Source: an uncultured bacterium (GTDB taxonomy: Bacteria > Verrucomicrobiota > Kiritimatiellia > CAIKKV01). Taken from it: a stretch of DNA of 64,000 nucleotides. Location: positions 12,065-76,064 of the forward strand of contig CALHRZ010000017.1 in NCBI GenBank assembly GCA_938038445.1, given 5' to 3'. Of the stretch, positions 48,170 through 57,591 are shown one piece after another. The translations under genes and the position numbers were made by a program. Position 1 is the stretch's first letter. Each line of letters begins with the position of its first letter. Below the pieces are notes generated by a model. That model had not been told where the DNA came from. It was given only the letters and a program-made list of their open reading frames with translations, and did no database searches.

Positions 48170-49246
48170 ATGCCCCCTGCAATCCGAACCCTCGAATGGA
48201 TCCCCAAACAGCCGGACCGTCTTCTCCCCGGGTTCATCCGACTGCTGGACCAAACCCGGCTGCCCGAAACGCTCACGTTCCGCGAAGTGCGCGACCCAAC
48301 CGACCTTTGGCTGGCCATCCGTACCCTCCAAGTCCGTGGCGCGCCCGCGATCGGCGTCGCCGCGGCAATGGGGCTCTTGTTGAGCCTCCAAAACACACCG
48401 TTTCATTCGGCAAACGAGTTGCTGGCGGCCGTGCGGAAGACCGCCCAGTATCTCGCCACCGCTCGCCCCACAGCGGTCAACCTCTTTTGGGCGCTCGACC
48501 GCATGAGCCGGGCCGCTGAACACCTCGCTTCGACTTTCGCAGACCCTCCGGCTCTCGCCGAAGCCATCGCACGCGAAGCCCTCGCCATCCAAAACGAAGA
48601 CATCGCGATGGGCCGAGCGATCGGCGAACACGGCGTCCGGCTCCTCGACGGCGTCGACGCCATCCTCACCCATTGCAACGCGGGAAGCCTTGCAACCGCC
48701 GGGTACGGCACTGCCCTCGCCCCCCTTTATGTGGCCCAAGAACAGGGCCGTTCCGTCGCCGTCTATGTGGATGAAACACGCCCCCTCCTTCAAGGCGCCC
48801 GCCTCACGGCATGGGAACTCATCCAATCAGGGTTTTCCGTTACCCTCCTGTGCGACAACATGGCCGCTTGGCTCATGCGCCAGGGAAAGATCGGTGCCGT
48901 GCTAGTCGGAGCCGACCGCATCGCATCCAACGGAGACACCGCCAACAAAATAGGCACCTATGCCCTCGCCCTCCTCGCCGCGGCTCATCGCATCCCATTC
49001 TATGTCCTGGCCCCAACTTCAACCTTCGACCGCGCCCTCCCCGACGGAACCGCCATTCCGATCGAGCATCGCCCAGCCGAGGAAATCACTCAGTTCGCCG
49101 GTCGCGGTATCGCCCCGGAAGGGGTTTCCGTTTTCAACCCCGCCTTTGATGTCACGCCCGCGGCACTCATCACGGCGATCGTCTGCGAAAAAGGCCTTGC
49201 ACGACCGCCATTCGAAGAATCGCTCCGAATTTTTTCCGCCGGATAA
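48170..49246 (+). CDS. mtnA: S-methyl-5-thioribose-1-phosphate isomerase
   Basis: Start is MPPAIRTLEW (ATG at 48170, verified). It belongs to the eIF-2B/MtnA family (VRGAPAIGVAAAMG...THCNAGSLATAGYGTALA...VLVGADRIASNGDTANKIGTY) and is 358 aa. Confidence 0.8.
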   Translation: MPPAIRTLEWIPKQPDRLLPGFIRLLDQTRLPETLTFREVRDPTDLWLAIRTLQVRGAPAIGVAAAMGLLLSLQNTPFHSANELLAAVRKTAQYLATARPTAVNLFWALDRMSRAAEHLASTFADPPALAEAIAREALAIQNEDIAMGRAIGEHGVRLLDGVDAILTHCNAGSLATAGYGTALAPLYVAQEQGRSVAVYVDETRPLLQGARLTAWELIQSGFSVTLLCDNMAAWLMRQGKIGAVLVGADRIASNGDTANKIGTYALALLAAAHRIPFYVLAPTSTFDRALPDGTAIPIEHRPAEEITQFAGRGIAPEGVSVFNPAFDVTPAALITAIVCEKGLARPPFEESLRIFSAG

Positions 49247-49249
49247 CCT

Positions 49250-50194
49250 CTACGGCTGGACCTTCAACGACTGAATGGCTTCCCAGACGGTTTCAACCGA
49301 AAGATGCGCCAGCGCTTCGGTCGTTCGGACCGGCGTCTGCACAATTCGGACCGTGGAAGCACGGGATGCCCATACCTGAGGGTCGGAAGGACCAAAAATC
49401 ACCACGGTCGGCGTTCCCGTGGCGGCGGCAATATGCGTCACTCCGGAATCGTTCCCCACATAAAGGCGAACTGCTGAACAGACCGCCGCAAGACCCGGGA
49501 GATCCACGGGCGGCAGAACCGGAAAGGGAGCCTTCTTTGTGGCATAGAGGGCCGCCTCCCGATCATCCGCTTCCCCGAAACTGAAGAGGGGGTTGAACCC
49601 AGCACCTTGGAGACGATCGGCGATTTCAAGAAAGCAGCCGAAAGGCCAATTTTTGTTCGGACTGCCACTTCCGGGATGGATGAGAACGGGAGCCGAACCC
49701 GCTTGACATGCCAGTTGGCGACCTCGTACCCGGAGGATCTCGGGAAGCACAAGACGAGGAACCGGCTCCTCCTCCGGATAAAGAGCCAGCGTTTCCAGAG
49801 GCTTCATGAGTTGCCGGGCCGCCGGCTGATCGGACATGCGCGGCGAACCCGTTAGGACTAAACGCGCTCCCGCCCGTTCAAGCGACGTTCGAACGGAATC
49901 GTCCGGATCGTAAAGATAACTGAGGATGACGTCGAACCCCCGAATGTAGTCGGCCAGCGGCCCGCGCAACGGTCGCTCCGGAACGAACAGCATCGCCACC
50001 TGTGCCTCGTCCAACGAACGAATTCGGTCCACCAGCCCTGCCGCCAGCGCCAGCGAGGCGATATGGGGATATCCGATGAGTTCAATTCGTCCTGAAGGCC
50101 ATCGCCGCCGCAGCGCCTCGAAGACCGGCAACGTCATGACAAAATCGCCGATCGCGCCCCCGCGAAGTATCAAAAACCGAGGCGTGGAATTCAT
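49250..50194 (-). CDS. Glycosyltransferase family 9 (LPS heptosyltransferase-like)
   Basis: The N-terminus RFLILRGGAIGDFVMTLPVFEALRRRWP is the GT9 signature, and the C-terminal block is YVGNDSGVTHIAAATGTPTVVIFGPSDP. Confidence 0.8.
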   Translation of the reverse strand: MNSTPRFLILRGGAIGDFVMTLPVFEALRRRWPSGRIELIGYPHIASLALAAGLVDRIRSLDEAQVAMLFVPERPLRGPLADYIRGFDVILSYLYDPDDSVRTSLERAGARLVLTGSPRMSDQPAARQLMKPLETLALYPEEEPVPRLVLPEILRVRGRQLACQAGSAPVLIHPGSGSPNKNWPFGCFLEIADRLQGAGFNPLFSFGEADDREAALYATKKAPFPVLPPVDLPGLAAVCSAVRLYVGNDSGVTHIAAATGTPTVVIFGPSDPQVWASRASTVRIVQTPVRTTEALAHLSVETVWEAIQSLKVQP

Positions 50195-50254
50195 GAGCAT
50201 ACCGAGGGTTTAAAGATTGACCCCTTTGTCTTCAATTTCTACCATGAAGTTCCG

Positions 50255-51262
50255 ATGAAACGAATCTTTTTCCTTCTGTTGTTCGCAATGCTTGGACTTC
50301 CGTTGACTCCCCTTCGGGCGCAACAAGAAAGCGGCGAACCTATCATTTCCACGGGTCGAAGTGCTCAGGGCACATTCCGGGGACCCAGCCTTTGGGGGCG
50401 TTTGTTCGGAAAGCCCGCAGCACCGACGCCCTCCGAACAGTTCGCACTGGCCGAACGGCTCGAAACCGAAGGACAGTTCAAGGCAGCACGCCGTGCCTGG
50501 GAATCCCTCTTCCTGTGGTGGCCCCTTGCGCCCGAAGCGCCCGAAGCAGTTCAACGTCTGGCAGAACTCCTGGCGGCTGCCGGAAAAAATGAGGCCGCGT
50601 TTCAGGAATATCAATATCTCCTCGATCTCTATGGAAGCAACCTGAAGGATCTTGCCGCCGTGATTGCCCGCCAAATGGAACTCGCCAACACCGTGGCCGC
50701 CGCCCGCTCGGCTCGTTGGCTCCTCGGGGGATTCCCCAAACGGGAAACCGCCATTCCCCTCTATCTCCAAATCGCCAGCAACGCCCCACGTTCTTCGCTT
50801 GCATTCGAAGCCGGCTTCAAAGCAGCCCAACTCTATGAAATCGAACGGGAGCCGCAACAGGCCATCGCCCTCTACTACGACCTTTTGACACGACATCCCT
50901 CTGCGGCGCAAGCGGCCGACATCCCTTTTCGGATTCTCCAGGCCCAGGTGGCCCTATGCCGACGCTATCCCCATGACCAGAATCTGGCCGCCACCGTTTA
51001 TACGGATGCTCGCCGCTACCTCCAGCAGAACCCCCAAACTCCCCACGCCGAGTGGTTGCGCGAAACGATCGCCTGGCTCGAAAACCGCCTGGCCCACGCC
51101 CTAATAGACCGCGCCCGTATCTATGAACGGGCCGGACGGACGGCCCTCGCCATCCCCTTGTACGAACAATGCATCCAGCAATTTCCCAAAACCACGCCGG
51201 CGGAAAAGGCCCGCCTGCGACTTGAAACAATTCGTCCACTGGTCCAGGAGCCCCGCCCATGA
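50255..51262 (+). CDS. Secreted TPR-like helical-repeat protein
   Basis: The signal peptide is MKRIFFLLLFAMLGLPLTPLRAQQ, with no lipobox. The body is TPR-like helices. An ATGA overlap joins it to the downstream lipoprotein gene. Confidence 0.55.
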   Translation: MKRIFFLLLFAMLGLPLTPLRAQQESGEPIISTGRSAQGTFRGPSLWGRLFGKPAAPTPSEQFALAERLETEGQFKAARRAWESLFLWWPLAPEAPEAVQRLAELLAAAGKNEAAFQEYQYLLDLYGSNLKDLAAVIARQMELANTVAAARSARWLLGGFPKRETAIPLYLQIASNAPRSSLAFEAGFKAAQLYEIEREPQQAIALYYDLLTRHPSAAQAADIPFRILQAQVALCRRYPHDQNLAATVYTDARRYLQQNPQTPHAEWLRETIAWLENRLAHALIDRARIYERAGRTALAIPLYEQCIQQFPKTTPAEKARLRLETIRPLVQEPRP

Positions 51263-51774
51263 TCCCCGCTCGTATCTCCCGCCTCCTGCTTGCGCTCGTT
51301 CTGCTCGCTGCCGTCGCTTCAGGCTGTGCCACCTACTACCTCGGCTCGACCCTCCGGGGCTATGCCACCGTTGCCGTAGCCCCCTTCGTAAACCAGACGG
51401 GCGAACCGAACCTCGAATTCACCGCAACACAGGAAACTCTCGCCGCCTTTCAGCGGGATGGCACGTTGGATGTCGCAGATCCTGCATCCGCCGATCTGCT
51501 TGTTGAAGTCGTGCTCCAAGAGGCGCAATTCGAAGCCGTAGGTTTTGTCCGCCGCCGTTCCGCAACGGCCAACGAATTCCGCTATACGCTCACGGCCCGA
51601 ATGACGGTCACCGATCGAAAAACGGGACAAAAATTGTTCGACAACCGTCTCGTGCGGGGAGAATACACCTTTCAAACGGAAGGCGACGCCCAGCAGGCCC
51701 GACTTTCCGCCCAGCAGGGCGTGACGCGCGACCTGGCTCAACGGCTGGTGCGTGTGATCGTCGAATACTGGTAA
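51259..51774 (+). CDS. Lipoprotein (LptE-like is speculative)
   Basis: The lipobox is LLAAVASGC. The 171-aa protein has LptE-like size. It is translationally coupled to the preceding TPR protein gene. Confidence 0.45.
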   Translation: MIPARISRLLLALVLLAAVASGCATYYLGSTLRGYATVAVAPFVNQTGEPNLEFTATQETLAAFQRDGTLDVADPASADLLVEVVLQEAQFEAVGFVRRRSATANEFRYTLTARMTVTDRKTGQKLFDNRLVRGEYTFQTEGDAQQARLSAQQGVTRDLAQRLVRVIVEYW

Positions 51775-52053
51775 TCAGGCCGGAACCGTCGGCAGCGCCT
51801 TCTGCATACGAAGCGCTCCACGGCTTTTGTTGCGGTCGGCTGTGTTTTTTTTGAGAATGCCCCGTTTCACGGCCTTGTCCAGTTCCGAACAATAGGCCCG
51901 GTACTGGGTTTCCATCGCTTCCCGGTTGCCGGTCGCGAGGCTTTCGTCGAATTTGCGGCGAAGCGTCCGCAGCTTATTCTTCTCCGCCACGTTTCGCTGA
52001 TGATGCTTGCGGTTCTGACGTAACCGCTTGGCGGCGCTTTTCGTCGTGGGCAT
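51775..52053 (-). CDS. rpsT: 30S ribosomal protein S20
   Basis: 92 aa. MPTTKSAAKRLRQNRKHHQRNVAEKNKLRT is the canonical S20 N-terminus. Confidence 0.85.
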   Translation of the reverse strand: MPTTKSAAKRLRQNRKHHQRNVAEKNKLRTLRRKFDESLATGNREAMETQYRAYCSELDKAVKRGILKKNTADRNKSRGALRMQKALPTVPA

Positions 52054-52152
52054 GAATAATCCCTTCTGCTGATAACAATTGAGGGGATGATCTTAGGGAA
52101 ACCAGCGAAATTGTCAAGCACATCGCAGCAGGTTCCGCCTGCGGCGGAGCCG

Positions 52153-52857
52153 CTACACCCCTTCGATGACAACTTCCCGAACGTAGGAACGCATCAGCGC
52201 GCGGATCTCTTCCATCCGGCGGGCAGGGGTCCGGGGCCGAGTTCGATAGGCCGGGTCGGGAAGATCGGGTCGCGGGACAAACGGTTGAAGGCGATAGTGA
52301 CTTGCCCCACGAATCCACTCGCCCACCGCATGCATCACCTCGTCTGTGTGCTCCGGAACAAGAACAGTGGTCCGAAAAATTCCCCGTCCCTCCATGCCCC
52401 GCACCAACGCAATCGAGCGGCCAATGGCGGCCACATCGTCCCACCCCGTCAAGTCGGGATAAAGCGCCGGGGATGCCTTGACGTCCATCGCCACACAGTC
52501 GGCCCATTCGGCGAGTTTCTGCACAACCGCAGGTATCGTCCCGTTCGTATCCACCTTCACGGCGAAACCCAACCCTCGAAAAAAGGAAATAAGATCTCCC
52601 AGATCGTCAACCAGGGTAGGTTCTCCCCCCGTGATTACCACGCCCGTCACCCAGTTCTCGCGGAACGCACGGCAGACCTCCTCCAGCCGGCTCCAAGGCA
52701 ATCCCGGCTGAGGCGCCCCCATCAAGGCGGCATTATGACAGAATCGGCACCGCAAATTGCAACCCGAAACGAAAAAAACAGCCGCCAACCGCCCCGGCCA
52801 GTCGGTCAAGGTCGGTTGCCGTTGAAAACCCAACACCGGCGATGGATCTTCCCTCAT
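52153..52857 (-). CDS. nrdG: Anaerobic ribonucleoside-triphosphate reductase activating protein (radical SAM)
   Basis: The radical-SAM motif is CNLRCRFCHN, and VITGGEPT is present. An ATGA overlap joins it to the upstream glutaredoxin-like gene. Confidence 0.8.
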   Translation of the reverse strand: MREDPSPVLGFQRQPTLTDWPGRLAAVFFVSGCNLRCRFCHNAALMGAPQPGLPWSRLEEVCRAFRENWVTGVVITGGEPTLVDDLGDLISFFRGLGFAVKVDTNGTIPAVVQKLAEWADCVAMDVKASPALYPDLTGWDDVAAIGRSIALVRGMEGRGIFRTTVLVPEHTDEVMHAVGEWIRGASHYRLQPFVPRPDLPDPAYRTRPRTPARRMEEIRALMRSYVREVVIEGV

Positions 52858-53270
52858 GAGGCGCTCGCAAGGGATTCGGCTAGAACGGCCTCGATCATCG
52901 CCTTGGTAAGGATCCCCTTGCCAACCTCACTGTAATCGGTCTGGAGCCCGAAATATTGATACAGCTTGCGGGAACCGCAAACGGGGTCCGGCTTCCCCGG
53001 CGAAGGATTCGGGACCGGCTCCATCCGGCCCGTCTGAGGGTCCCGCTTCAGGATCAAAAAGGCCGGAATTCTCTGGGGATTAAGACATTCCGCCTTGCAG
53101 AAGGCGACAATCCCTTCCTCCGTCTCGACATCCACATACTCTTTTTCGAACCGATCACGCCAATCCGGCCGGTTGAGTACGTCCTCCAAACGATCCTGAA
53201 GAATCTTGCATTTCGGGCAACCGGCTTTGCCGAAAACACGGATGACAAGCTTTCCATTCGTTCCCGTCAT
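52854..53270 (-). CDS. Glutaredoxin/NrdH-like thioredoxin-fold protein
   Basis: Start is MTGTNGKLVIRVFGKAGCPKCK (CxxC, ATG verified). The 138-aa gene sits between nrdD and nrdG, with ATGA overlaps to both. Confidence 0.65.
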   Translation of the reverse strand: MTGTNGKLVIRVFGKAGCPKCKILQDRLEDVLNRPDWRDRFEKEYVDVETEEGIVAFCKAECLNPQRIPAFLILKRDPQTGRMEPVPNPSPGKPDPVCGSRKLYQYFGLQTDYSEVGKGILTKAMIEAVLAESLASAS

Positions 53271-56029
53271 GCGTGCGTCTCCCCTTCCCCATCCGAAACG
53301 AACATCCTCACGGCGCCTTCTACGCCGCCCTTTTCTTCCGCTGCAGCCGTCATCGTCACCGCTTCCACCGCATAGGTTCCTCGCTGCCGGGCCGGCAGTT
53401 CTCCAAAGCGTTTGGACTTGTTCCAGTTCTGAATCTTGCTGAAGTATCCCACCACGCGGGTTTCCCCCACCACGTTCTTCGAACCACAATGGCGGCAGAC
53501 TTCCTGAAGCCCCCGATCGGTCTGATAGCAGTCGTTGCAATACGTGAACTCCGGCGAAATCGTGACCTGCGCCGCCTGGGTCCGGGAAAACACCTCGCGA
53601 ATGAGCACCCCGATCGAATCGGGATCCGGCCGTTGTTCGCCCACGAAAGCATGAATGATGGCCCCCGACTCAATCATGCTGTGAAACATGCTCTGTTTGC
53701 GGATCCGCTCAATGAGAGAAACGGGCGCGTCGGCCGCGAGATGGATGGAATTCGTATAGTAGGCGTAGTCTTCATCGCCGCCCTTGACGACTTGCATTGC
53801 CTCCTCGCGGAAATAGATGAGATCCGCCTTCGCCAACCGACGGGCCGCGCTCTCCGCCGGCGATTCCTCGAGCGAAAATTTCATCCCGTGCTTTTTCGAA
53901 AGCTTGCGCGCCCGCTGATACATGTGGGCGCAAATTCGAAGAGCCAAATCAAAGGCTGCCTCCGACTCATGCATCTGAGCGCCCGTGAGAAACTGAACGG
54001 CATCGTTAAGCCCGATCAGGCCCAGAATATACGTGCTGCTTTCGAGCGAGACATACGGCTTGCCGTCGCAGGCATTCTTCCCAATCTGGTAGAGTGGCCA
54101 ACCAGGACCGCTCATGAGTTGACGCACCTTTGCCTGCTTCTGGAGGTGGGCCTGGACCGCAAGGTCCATCGTCGCATCCAACTGCTCGAAGAGTCCTTCC
54201 AGACTCTTCTTCCCAACCCGCGCCGCCCGGTACGCCGCCTGCGGAATATTGATCGTCACATTCTGGAAACCGCAGAATCGCAAGGACTCGGGGTGTTTCA
54301 ACATCCGATTGTCATGAATGGTAGTCCGAAGACGACAGCAAGCGGAAAGGGTTACCTCGTCCCGGTCAAAGATAAAATAGGTCGAACCGTTCCGACTGGC
54401 CAGTTCGCACGCCTTTCGGAAGATCGCATATTGAGCCGGATCCCCAAACGTTTCTTCACTGACATGAAAATCGCACTTCGGAAATTCGAATACCCGGCCA
54501 TGTCGGTCCCCCTCCCCCCATACTTCGAGAAGCGCCACGGCAAACCGCTGCGCCTCCCGCTCAAAATCTCCGTACGTCACAATCGCTTCGCCGCGCGACT
54601 GAAGATCCGCCGCGACTTGCTCATCATACCGAATGTTTTCGACTTTGTCCGCCAGTTCGCGCAAAACCAGTCGCCGCGTTCCGTCAGCTTCCCGAACATA
54701 CAGGTCCATCAGCCGATAGCCCGCGGGGTCCTTATCCTCACGCGGAACCTCTTCCAATTCGACAATCCGGCCGTCGGCCCGGCGGAGCAGATAGTGCCCT
54801 CCCGGCCCAATGGCAGGAACCTTCTTCAGATAGCGGGGTACGCCGGTGTGAATGTTGAAATCCAGAAAGAGGGTCTGACCCCCGCGCGAAAAGGCGTTTT
54901 GCGAACCGTTGAAAATCAGTTCCTGGGCAATCTGCTTGATCTCCCGGTCACTCATACCCACAAGAAACGGCGCATACATGATGTTGATGTACGCCAGGCC
55001 GAGTGCGCCCGCGTAGTTCGCCTGCATCGAGGCGAGAAAGGTGTTGATATGGCCCGTAAGAACCGATGCGCTCCGAGCGGGGCGTGACTCCGTGTTGAGA
55101 TTCGCCAGCCCCGTCAGGCCATACTTCTTCACATATTCCACCGAATGAGAAGAGCAATACACCCGATGCGGATACCCCAAATCATGCAGATGAATCGCCC
55201 CCGTATCGTGGGCCCGCTTGACCTCGGGGGAGAAAATCGTATCCAGCGCCCACTGCTTGAGCACCAATTCCGCAATGCCCAGATTGACCGCCTCGGGGTT
55301 GTTGTTCACGATGTTGCTGTTCTCGGTGGACTTCGTGAACATCAGGCTTTCCACAAACTCCTTCGGAACCGCATAGAGCGAAAGATCCCGCAGCTGGGCG
55401 TGATAACCCCTTTCTTCCAGTTCGTTGTTGACCAACGCCCGGATCAGCGCAGTGCTGATCGTCTTGAGTTGACTGGTAATGATCCGATTTTCGACCGCTT
55501 TCGCAATACTCTCCGCCACATCCAAGGACAGATCCGTCTTCTGCACCAGCTGTTTGACAATCCGAGTCCGATCCCAGGGCATCGTCTCGTTCCGGGTGGC
55601 CGATTCCACCAGCAGAAGACTCGCGTCCGTCACATCCACCGAGCGTTTGTGGAGATCCCGTACCCGAATCCGTTGCCGTGCAAGTTCCCGTTGCTTGCGG
55701 TAGCGCTTGTACGCCGAAACAATCGCCGTCTGCCCCTCTTCCGCCAACACAATCTCCACCAAATCTTGCACGTCCTCAATCTGGGGAATCCGCTTGCCGC
55801 CGTCCGAGGGAGAAGGATAGACGTAATACTCACTCTGTGGAGTGTCAAGTTGACGCAAAACCTCATCGGTAATCCGCACCGGAAGCGTCGAATCGAACGG
55901 AACCCCCTCTTTGCGGGCAACCTCCTCCGCCGCACGCTGGATCGCTGTCTCGATCTTCACTCGCTGAAACGGAACCACATTTCCATCCCGCTTCCGGAAC
56001 CCATCGAAATGAACCTCTACTGTCGCCAT
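53267..56029 (-). CDS. nrdD: Anaerobic ribonucleoside-triphosphate reductase (class III) with N-terminal ATP-cone
   Basis: Start is MATVEVHFDGFRKRDGNVVPFQRVKIETAIQRA (ATP-cone), verified by hand translation at 56029. The C-terminal glycyl-radical/zinc region has a CxxC...CxxC cluster (CNDCYQTDRGLQEVCRHCGS) and a glycyl-radical-like G in VVGYFSKI. The 920-aa length is unusually long. Confidence 0.85.
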   Translation of the reverse strand: MATVEVHFDGFRKRDGNVVPFQRVKIETAIQRAAEEVARKEGVPFDSTLPVRITDEVLRQLDTPQSEYYVYPSPSDGGKRIPQIEDVQDLVEIVLAEEGQTAIVSAYKRYRKQRELARQRIRVRDLHKRSVDVTDASLLLVESATRNETMPWDRTRIVKQLVQKTDLSLDVAESIAKAVENRIITSQLKTISTALIRALVNNELEERGYHAQLRDLSLYAVPKEFVESLMFTKSTENSNIVNNNPEAVNLGIAELVLKQWALDTIFSPEVKRAHDTGAIHLHDLGYPHRVYCSSHSVEYVKKYGLTGLANLNTESRPARSASVLTGHINTFLASMQANYAGALGLAYINIMYAPFLVGMSDREIKQIAQELIFNGSQNAFSRGGQTLFLDFNIHTGVPRYLKKVPAIGPGGHYLLRRADGRIVELEEVPREDKDPAGYRLMDLYVREADGTRRLVLRELADKVENIRYDEQVAADLQSRGEAIVTYGDFEREAQRFAVALLEVWGEGDRHGRVFEFPKCDFHVSEETFGDPAQYAIFRKACELASRNGSTYFIFDRDEVTLSACCRLRTTIHDNRMLKHPESLRFCGFQNVTINIPQAAYRAARVGKKSLEGLFEQLDATMDLAVQAHLQKQAKVRQLMSGPGWPLYQIGKNACDGKPYVSLESSTYILGLIGLNDAVQFLTGAQMHESEAAFDLALRICAHMYQRARKLSKKHGMKFSLEESPAESAARRLAKADLIYFREEAMQVVKGGDEDYAYYTNSIHLAADAPVSLIERIRKQSMFHSMIESGAIIHAFVGEQRPDPDSIGVLIREVFSRTQAAQVTISPEFTYCNDCYQTDRGLQEVCRHCGSKNVVGETRVVGYFSKIQNWNKSKRFGELPARQRGTYAVEAVTMTAAAEEKGGVEGAVRMFVSDGEGETHA

Positions 56030-56102
56030 TGAAATCTCTCCACTTTGATCGCTTCCACCCTCTATCTCCTCCCAAATGAAACCCTCACTGTTATCTTCAA
56101 TA

Positions 56103-56118
56103 CCACTATATATTGTGT
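56103..56118. promoter_or_regulatory. Candidate NrdR box (CCACTATATATTGTGT) in the nrdD upstream AT-rich island
   Basis: It resembles the NrdR consensus acaCwAtATaTwGtgt and is near-palindromic. It lies 74-89 nt upstream of the nrdD start. I could not find a second tandem box. Confidence 0.35.
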
Positions 56119-56337
56119 TGTTATGGTTGTCAACCCCCCTATGTTGCTTTTTTCTTTTTGTTTCCCCTATGATGGCGAAGAGCATTTCAAGGGTCAAGTC
56201 TTTCCCTGTTTCCCACTCCCAAAACACTCTTTTTACAAGGTTTTTATGCTTAAATAACTTTCCGAATTTTTACTTTTTTCTTGCGTTCACCCCCGCGGCC
56301 GTTAGAGTATTTCCACGTACACCAAAAGGAGTACACC

Positions 56338-57309
56338 GTGAAGCGATCCCTCCTTCTTCTCGTCTCGCTGATGTTGGTCTTCTCTTCCACCCCCAGCCGG
56401 GCCCTCTGGGGAAAGGCCGAAACAAAAACCGAGTCCGGAAATGCCGATCTCAAACTGGGGACATACAAAGGACTCAAACATGCCATCGGCTGCAAAGAGT
56501 TCGAAAACGAAGCCGGATGGCGCGGAGAATGGGACCTCGGCCGAAATCTCACCACGATGCTCGAGTCTGCCCTTTACGACTCGGGCCGATTCATTATCGT
56601 TGAACGTGAAAAACTTAAGGATGTCATCGCGGAGCAAGACCTCATAACCTCCGGCCGCGCAGCCAAGGCAAAAAACGTCGCGCAAACGGGACTCATCCGA
56701 CCCGCCCGTTATATCGCCGCCGGCGCAATCACAGAAGTCTCCCATAACCAGTCGGGTGGCGGAGCCGGAGTGAACATCGGAGGATTCCGAATCGGCGGCA
56801 GCCGCTCGGAAGCCCAGATCGCCCTCATCGTCAAACTGGTGGACACCACGACAGGCGAAATTGTGGCCAAGGAACGGATCGTCGGAAAGGCCGGCGCTAC
56901 CGGCCTTAACGTCGGCCTAACCTCGGGCTCCGTGGGCGTGGATCTCGGCGGATTCAAAAAGACCCCCATCGGACAAGCCGCTCAAGATTGCATCAACCAG
57001 GCCGCCGCCTTCATCGCCAAAAAAATGGAAACGTTCCCATTCGAAGGCAGTGTCGTCCGCGCCGCCGGCGGCAAAATCTATATCAACCGCGGCGCCGAAT
57101 TCGGAGTCGAACCGGGTCAAATTCTTGTCATGATGACGGAAGGCGAATTGCTGACAGATCCTGACACGGGAGCCATCCTGGGCCGAACCGAGAGCGAAAC
57201 CATCGGAAAAATCAAAGTCGTGCGGGTAGAGGAAAAAATTGCAGTCTGCGAGGTGCTCGAGGGCGAAAAAAATCCCTCAATCGGTGTTCGAGTCATTCCC
57301 GGCAGCTGA
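56338..57309 (+). CDS. CsgG family (curli production assembly/transport component-like) periplasmic/OM protein
   Basis: A GTG start at 56338 follows an AAAAGGAG RBS. The signal peptide is VKRSLLLLVSLMLVFSSTPSRA. The CsgG-like core is GEWDLGRNLTTMLESALYDSGRFIIVEREKL...AGAITEV. There is no lipobox cysteine. Confidence 0.65.
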   Translation: MKRSLLLLVSLMLVFSSTPSRALWGKAETKTESGNADLKLGTYKGLKHAIGCKEFENEAGWRGEWDLGRNLTTMLESALYDSGRFIIVEREKLKDVIAEQDLITSGRAAKAKNVAQTGLIRPARYIAAGAITEVSHNQSGGGAGVNIGGFRIGGSRSEAQIALIVKLVDTTTGEIVAKERIVGKAGATGLNVGLTSGSVGVDLGGFKKTPIGQAAQDCINQAAAFIAKKMETFPFEGSVVRAAGGKIYINRGAEFGVEPGQILVMMTEGELLTDPDTGAILGRTESETIGKIKVVRVEEKIAVCEVLEGEKNPSIGVRVIPGS

Positions 57310-57459
57310 ACCCCACGGTTTGCGACGTCGTGCCAGTTCCTCCATTAGCCGCTTCAATTCCCGCTCTTGGCATGCCGGGCAAAGCCCATGAGAAATGAGA
57401 TGCAACCCACCCGGCTTGACGCCCAGCCATTCGCCACACACCGAACACCGAACGTACAT
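57277..57459 (-). CDS. Small zinc-ribbon protein (hypothetical)
   Basis: MYVRCSVCGEWLGV...GLCPACQERELKRL has two CxxC pairs. It is convergent with the csgG-like gene and overlaps its 3' end. It may be spurious. Confidence 0.3.
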   Translation of the reverse strand: MYVRCSVCGEWLGVKPGGLHLISHGLCPACQERELKRLMEELARRRKPWGSAAGNDSNTD

Positions 57460-57591
57460 AAGTTCGCCGCTCTCTTCCGGTTCCGAAGCGGGCGGATTGG
57501 CAGATTCTTCCGGCATTCCCACACCCATACCTTATTTTCCATTGTAAGCGTTCCCTCCTTAAATGCAACATCCTAACGCCTATTTCTTTTT

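Noticed and set aside
52101-52152. Possible intrinsic terminator hairpin (gcagg ttccg cctgc) downstream of nrdG
   Set aside because: The stem is short and there is no U-tract on the transcribed strand. It is more likely just the rpsT promoter/leader region.
53273-55087. 604-aa + strand ORF
   Set aside because: It is antisense to nrdD, and the product is low-complexity and Arg/Pro-rich.
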